Assembly: GCF_901765095.1 (NCBI RefSeq) | Contig: NC_044034.1 | Span: 62,498,339-62,562,338, forward strand | Source of the DNA: Microcaecilia unicolor | Taxonomy: Eukaryota | DNA length: 64,000 nt | Direction of reading: 5' to 3' | Shown here: piece by piece, positions 22,191-33,000 of the stretch | Position numbering within the stretch: position 1 is the first letter of the stretch | How the letters are laid out: each line of letters opens with the position of its first letter | Notes under the pieces: generated by a model | Database searches by the model: none | Told to the model about the DNA's origin: nothing | Seen by the model: the letters and a program-made list of their open reading frames with translations, nothing else | Made by a program: the position numbers and the translations under genes

Positions 22191-22795
22191 CGCCTCGGTT
22201 GCCTCTGCCTAAGACCGGCCCTGTATTCAGGCATACTGCTTCCCAGCAAGGGGCAACTTGTGCACTATTCAAGCACTATGGTAAGTGTTTGTTTTAAGTT
22301 AAACTTGTTTATTTTGCCATATCTCCAGAGAGGTATGAAATATATCCAGGTTTTATCTTCAAAATCACATAAACAATTCTGAAATAAACTTGCTATGAGT
22401 GACGAGAATGATTAGTCAAATCCACTTCCCCAAATCTTCCCACCCCAACATTCCCTTCTTCATTTTACACTTCTAAACTTTTTAACAAGGCAGTGCACGA
22501 ACATCAACATCCCCAAAAAGGGGTCCAAACTTTCAAAAATAACTTTTTAGCTATTAATTCTGCTGTTTTTGTTGACATGTACTCCATTTGCAATAATTCA
22601 TACATTTGGTTTTGCTATAACACCAGAGTCAGTAGGTAATCGGACACCCATTGTAATAGAATACAGTGCTTTGCTATCAGCACTTTATGTATAAACAGTA
22701 CATAGGGTCCTGCACCCTTGGGCAGAACCTCCATTTTGTGTAGTAAATTTATCTGTGGGTTCATATACAGCCTCACTCCAATCATGCTACTTAAA

Positions 22796-22953
22796 GGCCC
22801 TGTTTACTAAGGTGTTCTAGTGTTTTTAGCGCACGCTAAATGCTAGAGTCGCCCATATGTTCCTATGGGCGATTTAGCGTTTAGTGCGTGATAATCATTA
22901 GCGTTCGCTAAATACGCTAGTGCATCCTTAGTGCGGCTTAGTAAACAGGGCCC
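22796..22953. mobile_element. MITE of 158 bp with 16-17 bp perfect TIRs 'GGCCCTGTTTACTAAG'
   Basis: The element starts 'ggccctgtttactaaggtgttctag...' and ends '...cttagtgcggcttagtaaacagggccc'. The flanks are 'cttaaa|' and '|taaatg', which is compatible with a TA or TTAA-type target. Internal 'gcgcacgctaaatgctag' and 'gcgttcgctaaatacgctag' subrepeats are present. Confidence 0.65.
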
Positions 22954-23527
22954 TAAATGTTCTCAAACACCTGCCCAAAAGTTTATCATCTTCAGGAAGT
23001 TCCACATTCAGTGTTACAGTGTACCCTATTCATGCTAGCACTTAGCACAGCCTCCTATGGTTATAATTAGAAACTGACCAAATTTCAGTTTTAGCTTCAG
23101 TACTAAAACAGGCCTGAAATCCAGATTTGGCCGTTCTTCAGTTTTGACCAAAAATGCAAGTGCATTTTTGGCTGAAATCAAAACCCGCTGCCTCCACCCC
23201 CCCCCCCCCCATGACCACTCTGGGCCAGATGCACTAAACTTAACGAGCCCTTAACGAGCAAGTAGTAAACCCTGGCATGCACTAAACACTTTTTTCCGAC
23301 GACGGTAGCAGCTAACGAAAACGGAATGCAGATGAGCAAATAGTGTAGAAACCCTATTGTAATGAGATGCACTAACCTTTTCTGATTGCCTTAATGCTGG
23401 AAAACGCTGGAAAATCTAACGAGAGGTCTGTACCTCTCGTTGGGGCTACGCGGGATTGGAAAAATTATTAAAATGTAAAAGAAAACCAAAACAATCGGGG
23501 GGGGGGGGGGGAACGGCCAAGTGCTCG

Positions 23528-24030
23528 TTAGGAGCGTCCTTTATGGACGTTCTTCACTATATTTAAAAAAAAAAAAAAATCAAACAGGCTCCGATGCTGT
23601 TTTGATAAATGTTCAATAAAGACGTCATACAACTTAAAAAAGTGGAAAAAAAATCCAAGTGCTTGTCCTTTTTTTTTTTTTTTAACAAAACTATTAGTCA
23701 GATTTGAATCCTCCACCTCTGGATTACAAGACCGGTGCTCTAACCACTCGGTTACCACTCTACTTGCTTGGATGCCCCTCCCTTACTTCCAGGTCTCTCA
23801 GCTGAGTGAAGCACGGCCAAAAAGGACGTTTTTATTATTGCGGGGGGGTGGGGGGGTGGGGGGAGGCCACCCAAAATGTACGTTTTTTTTTTTTTTTTTT
23901 TTTTGAAGTGAAGCTTTATTAAAAAAAATCAAACAGGCTCCGATGCTGCAGGCTCTTTTTTGGACCTCATTCAACCCCTTTAAAAAGAACTCTTTTTACA
24001 GGGAGTTTTTTTTATAGTGAAGGACGTCCA
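23528..24030. repeat. Inverted-repeat-bounded element (candidate MITE) with internal direct repeats and a tRNA-like fragment
   Basis: The left end 'ggagcgtcctttatggacgttcttcactata' is the inverse of the right end 'tatagtgaaggacgtccataaaggacgtcc'. The internal unit 'aaaaatcaaacaggctccgatgctg' occurs twice, alongside poly-A and poly-T tracts. The tRNA-like piece lies at 23697-23760 on the minus strand. Confidence 0.35.
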
Positions 24031-24214
24031 TAAAGGACGTCCTTGGCATGCGCAGAGCAGCCAGCATAACGCTTGACTCTGCTCTGCGCATGCTCCACCG
24101 GCCAATTGGCTGACTGTTTAACGATGGAATAGAGAATGCAAGTGAGCTACAACGAGCAACTCATTTACATTCCTATTCCTTGATGCATGCCTGTTCCTTA
24201 CCGATCCATGTCCA

Positions 24215-24470
24215 GCAACCCTCCTCTCCCCGCCTACCCTCCCAGCACCAGGCAGGCAGGCCTCCCTCCCAGCACCAGGCATCCCTCCCTCCCACCAAGC
24301 ACCAGGCCTCCCTCCCTCCCACCCAGCATTCAGCATCAGGCCTCCCACCCTCTCTGCCACCCAGCACCAGGCCTCCCTCCCATCCAGCATCAGGCCTCCC
24401 TCCCTCCGAGCACCAGGCTGCCCGCCCTCCCTCCCTCCTAGCACCAGGGCCCCCCCCTCCTCCGAAATTT
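24215..24470. repeat. Minisatellite with a unit of about 21-24 bp, 'cctccctcccagcaccaggc'
   Basis: There are about 10 tandem degenerate copies. They give Pro/Ser-rich pseudo-ORFs on both strands. Confidence 0.8.
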
Positions 24471-24989
24471 AAAAGGCATACCTCGTCGGGGTTAAGGCGG
24501 CGTCGGCAGCGAAAAGTGTTTGCTCGGCGCGCCTTTGGCCTTCCCTTCTGTCTCTCAAGCTCTGGTCCCACCCTTGCGGAAATAGGAAATTAGGGCGCTC
24601 GATGTATGTGCTACGCGTAGCACAAAAGTGAGCCGGAAGCAGGGGACAGGGTGGACAATTAACTTGTTAATAACCATATAGGGGCAGGGGGCATGAGAGA
24701 ACCTATGTGAGAGGCTAGGAAGGGGGCAGGGGGCATGAGAGAAGCTGGATTAAAAAGCAGAACACTTGTTCAGGAGTATAGGGGAGTGCTTCTGCTTCAT
24801 ATTTGCTGAATGCAAGGGTGTTTTTTGTAGTGGGACAAAGAAGGAGTGTAGGGGAGGGGATCATTTGTGAAAAGAGAGGAGGGAGGGAAGATGGGGGATG
24901 TATCTTCGTTCTATTTTTGTTTTATTAATGACAATTCAGAATATTCATTTTTATACTGTAATAAAAGATTTAAATATAAAATCAACTGT

Positions 24990-25095
24990 TTGCGGCTTCT
25001 GTGGATGAGGACAGAGTTTGCAGGGATGGGACGGGCACAGAGTTCACCGGGACGGGCGTGGGCAGGAACAGAGTTCACAGGGATGGGACGGGGAT
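24990..25095. repeat. Short tandem repeat with a unit of about 30 bp, 'gggacgggcacagagttcaccgg'
   Basis: The array is 'gaggacagagtttgcagggatgggacgggcacagagttcaccgggacgggcgtgggcaggaacagagttcacagggatgggacgggg'. Confidence 0.7.
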
Positions 25096-25894
25096 AAACT
25101 TTGTCCCCACGTCATTCTCTACCTCCACCATCTCAGAAATCCTACCACAAAACTCATAAAGGTTACTCCTTATCTCCTTAAACCAATCCATGTGTGAATA
25201 GATTGTCCTCAGCATCTCTCTTGGGAGACTCATGATCTCTACCACCATCCTTATGTAACCTCATGGTTCCCGTTATGACCATCTGCAGTCATTTCCAATT
25301 AGATGCTTTGCGGTAAGAGCAGTCATTTCCAACTAGATGCTTTGTGGTAAGAGCATTAAATAACACCTGGGAGGTCATGGCACCAGAGTTGATACTTGGT
25401 GGTGAGCTGCTTTTCTCCATGGGCCAAACAAAGTTCGGGTCTTAAGAAGCCATCTAAGAACGGGTTCTTTGCTACTGTGTTATTAAAATGGGTATCTCCG
25501 TGTTCCTCACTGCATTTTCTTAGCAGCCTTCTTTTTCCACCTCTGATTAGAAATGGACAACATAAAAAAATACTTGGAAACATTGAGATTTTGATATAGT
25601 ATAATGGATTTGACTTACTGTATTTTATATGAAACAGATCTGATGTTTTTGTAAATGTGACCCCACATCCTTTCTAATAAACTTGTGCGTGCTCATGTGG
25701 GGAAAATGTGGGGTAAAAATGCACAAAAATAAATAAATAAACTTTTCCAGATTACCTTTTCTACAGTTTCTGTGAAATGTCTTATTCATATGTGGCATCT
25801 TGAACACTTCCATTTTATGTCAGAAAGCAACATTGTGATCAGATTACAGCATATCTGGATGTGTTACTCATTTTTCTTTCCCTCATCCTCACAG

Positions 25895-25993
25895 TGGTTT
25901 ACTTCTACCAAAGATGGTGGTAGAAGATCATGGCTTGGAGAGGACAGATATTGGGAACCTTGGCAGCGGCATTTACTTTGGTGATTCCATCAG
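25895..25993 (+). CDS. PARP4: PARP4 exon, catalytic domain
   Basis: Acceptor 'cctcatcctcacag|TGG' and donor 'ATCAG|gtctgg'. Encodes '(R)GLLLPKMVVEDHGLERTDIGNLGSGIYFGDSI'. It continues ...GILSR from the previous exon. This matches my recollection of vertebrate PARP4 'GLLLPKVVEDRGVQRTDVGNLGSGIYFSDS'. Confidence 0.85.
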
Positions 25994-26402
25994 GTCTGGC
26001 ATGTTTTGGACCTTCTCTATATCTATCTATGTATCTCTCTATCTCTATCTCATCCAGGAGTAGTATCTGAAGTCTGGGGATGTGTCTTTCCTATTCCATT
26101 ACTCATGCTTGTTATCCATCTTTATTTCAACTAGGATATTACAGAATTAGCTTATATTAGTGCTATAATTATTTAAATTGAATTCCTGTTTTTCACTTAG
26201 CCTATTAGAAAGTTATCCTCATTATCTCATTAACAAATTAAATCGCTAGCTTCATAACAAATGCCATAACATGCATTTGACTCCTTATGATTTTGACTTG
26301 TATAATTTTATCTGGATCAGTATCTCAGCTTAAAGTTCTGCAACTTAATCTGTGGCACTTGGGAGAATGGTTTAAGCAGATTGCTTTTCTTCATTTAGAG
26401 CG

Positions 26403-26697
26403 GGGGTTCTGAACCCAGTCCTCAGGACTCACCTAGCCAGTTAGGTTTTCAGGATACCCACAATGAGTTTGCATGACAGAGATTTGCATGACCTACCTCC
26501 ATTTCAAGGGTATGTAACCCAGTCCTCAGGACACATCAAACCAGTCTGGTTTTCAAGATATACATTGCAAATATGCATGAGAGAAATTTACAATCATTGC
26601 CTCCATTGTATGCAAATCTATCTCATGCATATTCATTGTGGGTATTTGAAAACCTAACTGGCTGGGTGTACCTGAGGATTGGGTTTAGAACCTCTGT
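26403..26697. mobile_element. MITE of about 295 bp with ~70 bp TIRs and an internal half-duplication, containing octamer-like ATTTGCAT motifs
   Basis: The left TIR is 'ggttctgaacccagtcctcaggactcacctagccagttaggttttcaggatacccacaatgagtttgcatga' and the right TIR is 'tcatgcatattcattgtgggtatttgaaaacctaactggctgggtgtacctgaggattgggtttagaacc'. The internal segment 'aacccagtcctcaggacacatcaaaccagtctggttttcaagatatacattgcaaatatgcatga' duplicates the left arm. Confidence 0.65.
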
Positions 26698-28204
26698 TCT
26701 AAAAGAGTAGGACACGTTGCTCTTTTTGGCTCTTGCTGGCTATGGGTATTGGAATCTAGTTGGTCAGTGTAAAGCAATTATGCAATAGGGACTGAAAAAG
26801 GATGGTTTACACAAAAACAAAATAAAACAGCATGGGTGAATAAAAACCAGGAGAGCATAAAAAGCATATTCATAGATCTTATAGAAACAAATAAAAAGGA
26901 TAATAACATACCAACTGATGCCAGACTGCTTACAAAACATGTACCTAAAGTTTTGTTTAAATATAAAATGTTTGGATTATGTGTGTTTGGCCTCTTTGGG
27001 TATGTGGTGTTTCGCTATTTGCTGTTGGCACCTACAACTTTATTGAGTCATAGGCTTTCACTGTGGCAGAAGCATGAAGTGTAATGTAATACAGTGGTGA
27101 TTTTGTGCTGGGTCACTGACCATGAACCTTTTCACCTGGGCAGCTTGTATAGCCTGAAGGGAAAGAGGCAGCCTCAGCACCTGACAGGGACTGAAGGAGC
27201 AGGAAGCAGCATCAGTGACCCAAATGAGCTGAAACGAGGAGAGGAGGAAGTCGATTCATTAGCCCTGTGGGTTGAGGAAAAGGAGTCCCAGTTTTCTTCC
27301 TGGTAGTTCTCCATGTACAGTGGACAACTGAGCAATGCCCCTTTTACTGCAGGCTGAAAATCTTTAGACAACCAGCCCTTATTCTGCTTCTTTCATCCAA
27401 GCCAGTGAAGGGCTTGAGGAGCCATACCTTTGGTTAACTGCTTTGCACCTGCCTGGAAACTGAAGCCCTGGGGCAGCTGTCCATTTCCCACCATAAGCCT
27501 CATCTCCCAATCAAGTTCCCATCACTAGGGGCATGGCACTGACTGGCCACTCTGCCAGTCACCCTGTTGAAGTTTGACTGTGCTGATGTGTGGTAGAGGC
27601 ATGGTCTGGTTGTTTTTTTTCATGGGGAGGGTGCAGTCTGTCTGCCACTCTTCTGGGAAGGTCAAGGTGGAAGAGGGTAGTTACAGCTCAGCTTCTAGAT
27701 TTTTCTTTTGGGAGGGGGGGCTTGTTTCCAGGGTAGGCACCACTTTGAATTAAACAAAAATATATATATATTAACAATGTCTTAACTGTACCAAGGGGAG
27801 AGGAGTTGGGGTAGAGAGAAGTTTGGCATCATTGTTCTCCCTTCTTTTATCCCATCCAAATAACACTTTAATGAAAATCACCACATGTGCGTGTATATGT
27901 GTATGTGTTTGAGAAACAGTTTGTGAACTCTTAGAACAGTGTGTATTTTAGTACAGTTTATACTCAAAAACATGATTAGATTCTAATCAAAACCCTAATA
28001 AGAGAGAAAACTATTCCCATTGAATACATATGTTATAAAAAATGATATATTTTGATTTTTTTTATTGAACTCCAAAAGAGACCCTCACAGGCTAAAATCA
28101 GTATACTTGCAATCTGTTGGAACTCTGTAACACTGCTCACAATAAATTGCTGGATCTGATTAACTGAATGTGAAAATTATTAGGTGAAGTAGATGACTCG
28201 CAAA

Positions 28205-28705
28205 ATGTTAGGAGCTTTCCTATGAAGAGAGGCTGAGAAGGCTAGGGCTTTTCAGCTTGGAGAAGAGACGGCTGAGGGGAGATATGATAGAAGTGTATAA
28301 AATAATGAGTGGAATGGATCGGGTGGATGTGAAGCGACTGTTCACGCTATCCAAAAATACTAGGACTAGAGGGCATGAGTTGAAGCTACAGTGTGGTAAA
28401 TTTAAAACGAATCGGAGAAAATTTTTCTTCACCCAACGTGTAATTAGACTCTGGAATTCGTTGCCGGAGAACGTGGTACGGGCGGTTAGCTTGACGGAGT
28501 TTAAAAAGGGGTTAGATAGATTCCTAAAGGACAAGTCCATAGACCGCTATTAAATGGACTTGGAAAAATTCCGCATTTTTAGGTATTACTTGTCTGGAAT
28601 GTTTTTACGTTTAGGGAGCGTGCCAGGTGCCCTTGACCTGGATTGGCCACTGTCGGTGACAGGATGCTGGGCTAGATGGACCTTTGGTCTTTCCCAGTAT
28701 GGCAC
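28205..28705 (+). mobile_element. CR1-like LINE 3' end: ORF2 C-terminus plus a 3'UTR with a terminal microsatellite
   Basis: ORF 28257-28553 contains 'RLRGDMIEVYKIMSGMDRVDVKRLFTLSKNTRTRGHELKLQCGKFKTNRRKFFFTQRVIRLWNSLPENVVRAVSLTEFKKGLDRFLKDKSI', which is the classic CR1 ORF2 C-terminal signature. The 3'UTR ends '...atgtacttatgta'. Confidence 0.8.
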
Positions 28706-29305
28706 TACTTATGTACTTATGTAGCTTCACAGTCTCAGCTCGATAAGGCTTTAATAGTCCTTGCTCCCCTGATCAAACCATCACGAAATCAAACCACTGT
28801 AGCTTGTGCTGTATGTACAAATTCACTTATTACAGTGCAATCATTGACAACTCACTTGTAACCTACTAAAAAGTCTTTACAAAAATAGTCACTCCAAATA
28901 TTTAATTTATAATTTTGTAGCTCTATTGAAGCAGCACCAATAATGTGGTCTTACTGACATCCAAACTCCACCGTGTCTAGCTCAAGACTTCAAGTTGGTT
29001 CGATCTTCAGCTTCTTCAGGAGTTGAATCAAATTGCTGTACTCTACAGGTCCACAGCCCAACATGTGAATAGGCAGTGGTGCTGAATATATGTACAAGGT
29101 AGTCACTGCTACTGGCATATGTATAGCGGCTATATTCAGCCATTGTACATATGGCTAAGCACTATGATTTAGGATTGCTTTCCCAGTACTCTTCAACTTT
29201 TCTATTTGTAGCCTTATAGGATAATTTTATAAAAGATGTCTAAATTGCTTTTATAAAATAGGCACTTTTTCACGTACTCCGAAGTTGTAATTGTGTGCCT
29301 GTACT

Positions 29306-29707
29306 CAGGGCCGCCGAGGGGGGGGGAGCCAGGGGGGACAAAATTCCCCAGGCCCGGGCCTCCAAGGGGGGCCCGGCGCCGCAGTCCCACCCGCCCTCCG
29401 TCGTCTACCGTCTGCCACAGGGCCGGGCCCCCTGCATTGAAATCACAGCGCCTCTCACCTCTGTGTGAAAGCGCAGCAGGGCAGCAGATCGCCTCCCTTC
29501 GGGCCTCCTTCCCTCCCTTTGTCCTGCCCTCGTCTGACGTAACTTCCGCGAGGGCGGGTCACAGGGGGGGAAGGAGGCCTGAAGGGAAGCAATCTGCTGC
29601 CTGCAGCGCTTTCACATGGAGGTGAGAGACGCTGTGATTTCAATGCAGGGGGCGGGGCCCCAGGGGCAGCCTTGCCCCAGGCCCGGCCCAGTCTCTCAGC
29701 GGCCCTG
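29306..29707. mobile_element. hAT-like MITE of 402 bp with TIR 'CAGGGCCGC.GAG' and 8 bp TSD 'CCTGTACT'. The body is a GC-rich nested palindrome with an exact TGACGTAA at its centre.
   Basis: The left end is 'cctgtact|CAGGGCCGCCGAGGGGG' and the right end is 'CTCAGCGGCCCTG|cctgtact'. The internal ~70 bp arms 'ccctgcattgaaatcacagcgcctctcacctctgtgtgaaagcgcagcagggcagcagatcgcctcccttc' and 'gaagggaagcaatctgctgcctgcagcgctttcacatggaggtgagagacgctgtgatttcaatgcaggg' flank the core 'gggcctccttccc...cgtctgacgtaacttccgcgagggcggg...gggaaggaggcc'. The TIR start CAGGGCCG is shared with the 4.85 kb hAT-like element. Confidence 0.65.
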
Positions 29708-30082
29708 CCTGTACTCTACACATGTTCTGCATATTTTATGTTTAAATCATTTTTATTCAAACAAACAAATCCAAGTACATTGCTACAACAACTGTCTGTA
29801 GAAATATCCCATTTCATCCAGTTTGTAAACTAACCTCCCAATTGCTACCCACTACACCTTTCCCATCCCTCCCCTCACCCCTCCCTCCCAAACATCCCTC
29901 CTCATCATTAAGTCTATAAGTTCAACAGGTGGCTCCGGGCTGAGGGTCTTAAAGTGTTCCAAAAGGGGCTCCAACTCTGTTGAAAACTATCTCCAGCTTT
30001 GGAATTAAAATCTGTAATTCCCACCCGCTCAATACGCATTAGAAATAGCATGTGCATACACCACTGTTATAGTGAAGGGTAT

Positions 30083-33000
30083 TTATGTCAGCCACTCTGC
30101 CAGAATTACCTGCTTGGATACAATAATGGCCCTAGAGACAAAGGATGCAAATCCACACGGCATCGGGTGTCCCAACTTAGGCTGTCCAAACAAGAGTGCA
30201 GGGTCGTAATGCCAACCTGTCTTCCACAAGCTAGATATGTGAAGCATGATTGCTTTCCAAAAACTTGCAATGCCTTTACAGGACCAGAACATATGTCCTA
30301 GGGTCACACCACTGGCTCCACACTTCAGACTTGACCCCTAAGGAGAAAGTCCCATATGAAATGCCGTTCGAGGAGATATATATAAACGGAGGACAAATTT
30401 GTATTGTAACTTCTGATAAACGCTGAATCGAAAGTATATGCGATTTAATTTGCGCTGCAGTGATGTTTACTTGTAAATCTCTTTGCCACAAAGACAACAA
30501 TCTTGAATAATCCAACTCAGGTATTGAGTCCCGTGTATGCCTGTGATGAAAAGAAAGCAACACCTTATGCTGCACTTCTAAAGAGAAAGCAGATGAAAGT
30601 TCTTCTTGTATTTCCTCTGTCATTGACTCCCAAGGCAGCGATGATACATAATGCCACAGTTGAGCATAATGGAACTCATCAAAATGTGGCAAGGCAAATT
30701 CTACTTGGAGACCTTGAAAAGGTTTTATACGATCTTCTTTGGAAACCACCTGTAGTAAGTACACAATACCTTGCTTCTTCCATCTGCGGAAGACAGAATA
30801 CAGTTGTCCTGGTGCAAAGGCCGCATTATCACAAATTGCCAAATATGGCGTTACCTTTGCAGAAAAACGATGTAATTGGCAAATCCACCTCCAAACTGCT
30901 TTTGCGGACTTCATAATCAAAGAATGTTTTAACACATTTGGTATGGACTCACCATTTGTGTGCAAATAACTACTGAAATGAACTCCCAGGGAGAGTTGTA
31001 ACTCCATAGTTGTATTACAGTAATCTTGAGTGGCTCTAAACCAGTCATTAATATGCTCATGCCACTGGCAATAGTAAGAAATCTTATGCTAAGTAATCCC
31101 AACCCCCCGTACTCCACCGGTATATATAAGGTTGATATGGGAAGACGAGCTTTCCTACCTTGCCAGAGAAAACACTGAACCAATGTGTTCAGTTTCCTTT
31201 CATCCCCCCATTTCAAATACAAAGGTAGGATCTGAAAGACATAAAGCCATCTGGGGACAATAAACATATTGAATAATGCTATACGTCCTAACAATGAAAT
31301 AGGTAAGGAGCCCCATGCATGCAACCTCAATTTTGTCTCCTTTAATAACCACTGAATATTTTTTTCATATAACAAATTTAAATCTGCTGGAATGTGTACT
31401 CCAAAATATTTAATTGAGCCCTGTGCCCAGTTAAGGGGAAACTGTTCTCTCCAATTTATTTGCCTTCCTGTTAATACAGGAAGAGCAAAGGATTTATTTA
31501 AGTTCATCTTGAAACCAGAAATGTGCCCAAATTGCCTAATACTTGTAAGCAGCAACTCTAGTGATTGGGGTGGATTTGTCAATATCAGTAATAAATCGTC
31601 AGCATAAGCCAGTCTTTGATACATTGATCTGCAAGAGAGATGCCCTCTATCCCCTTTGTAAGCGAGAGCATCCGGAGCAATGGCTCTAATGATATCACAA
31701 AAAATAAAGGAGAGAGGGGACATCCTTGCCTAGTGCCTCTTTCTATAATAAATTCTTTTTCTTTAATACCATTAATTAACACGCATGCCTGAGGATGATA
31801 GTAGAGAGCTTGTATCGTTTGTAAAAACCAACCAGTAATTCCCATAGCAGCCATAGTCCTATCCCACCTGGTCAAAGGCCTTTTCTGCATCCAAGCTAAC
31901 CACCAAGAATGGAACACCTTTATCTCTGCGAGATGCCATTGCCAGTAGTAAACGTCTGACATTATGCGCCGCTTGATGGTGTCATACAAACCCCACCTGC
32001 TCAGATCCTATCAATTTTGGTAGACACTGTGCCAATCTTTCAGCCAATATTTTAGCTAACAACTTAATGTCTACATTTAGAAGCAATATCGGCCTATAGG
32101 AGTCTGCCTGCTCTGATGATTTACCCGACTTTGGTATTAAAGTTATCAACGCGGTATTAGCATAAATGGGAAATTTACCTTGTTATATCACCTCCTCATA
32201 ATATTCTAGCACGGAGGCCAGAACCGCTGGGGGTAAGGTCTTATAATAATCTCCTGTGAATCCATCAGGACCTGGAGCAGAATGAAATTTTAGCGACTTT
32301 ACCGCTTTTTGCAACTCAGTTAACGATAGGGGTGCGTTCAAGCAGTCCAGATCTGCTAAGGACAGTGTAGGTAAACCTGAGCGCTTTAAATAATCCAATA
32401 GATTTCGCTCATGAGGTATCAACTCTGCTTTATATAGGGAGGAGAAATATTCTGTGAATAGCTCCCTATTTCCCCTTGATCACTTGTAAGCACTCCACGC
32501 TTGTCCCGTAGGGCTGCCACGGTCCGAGGCCATCCCCAATTCTTAATTAGTCGTGCAAGCATTCGTCCCGGTCTATTACCAAACCTTTGCAATCTATACT
32601 TATAATAAAGAGATGACCTATGGGCATATTTTCAAAGCACTTTGGGAGGCTGTTCCATAGGTTTCTATGGAACTTTGGGAGGCTAAGTGCTTTGAAAATG
32701 AGCTTGCTAGTCTCTATTTTGTAAAATAGAGTATTGAGAGCTATTTGAGTGGCTTTTAAGTTCTCCAGAGTAGCCTTTGTAGGCCTTTGCACATGGGCCC
32801 GTTTAGCCCTTCGTAACTGTTTCTAAATGCAAAATACCTGCTGCTCTACGCTTTTTCTTCATACTACAAAATGCAATGCTGTCTCCCCGTATCACCACCT
32901 TCGATGCAGACCAAAATAATAGTGGCTGATTTTGAGCTTGTTCACCATTATTAGCCGCATACTAAGCCCACCTTATATTTATGTATTTCTGAAATTGAGG

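Larger units (their letters stand above)
17374..22222. mobile_element. hAT-like DNA transposon, non-autonomous with no transposase ORF, 4.85 kb, with perfect 15 bp TIRs and an 8 bp TSD
   Basis: The left end is 'tattcagg|CAGGGCCGGTCTTAGcaagtgcagggccc' at 17366-17388. The right end is 'gggccctatgcagccgcctcggttgcctctgCCTAAGACCGGCCCTG|tattcagg' at 22190-22230. The TIR is CAGGGCCGGTCTTAG and the flanking direct repeat TATTCAGG is 8 bp, which is the hAT hallmark. The interior holds nested repeats, a 1.6 kb palindrome, a 77 bp tandem array and a CpG-rich segment. Confidence 0.65.

Noticed and set aside
22236-22282. Exon-like piece encoding 'GILLPSKGQLVHYSSTM' that resembles the PARP 'GIL..GLLLPK' motif, with a gtaagt donor
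   Set aside because: The exon at 16859-16996 splices in phase directly to 25895-25993, which carries the genuine 'GLLLPKMVVEDHG...' continuation. Including this piece would duplicate residues and break the phase. The similarity is short and probably coincidental, and the segment lies at the edge of the hAT-like element.
23697-23760. tRNA-like sequence on the minus strand, 'agtggtaaccgagtggttagagcaccggtc...ggaggattcaaatc'
   Set aside because: It contains box A-like and T-loop-like motifs but cannot be folded into a canonical cloverleaf with a proper acceptor and T stem. It sits inside a repeat bounded by inverted repeats, so it is most likely a tRNA-derived repeat fragment and not a functional tRNA gene.
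24180-24593. Reciprocal Pro/Ser/Ala-rich ORFs of 84-137 aa on both strands
   Set aside because: They are translations of the ~22 bp minisatellite 'cctccctcccagcaccaggc'. The periodic amino-acid pattern reflects the repeat unit and not a protein.
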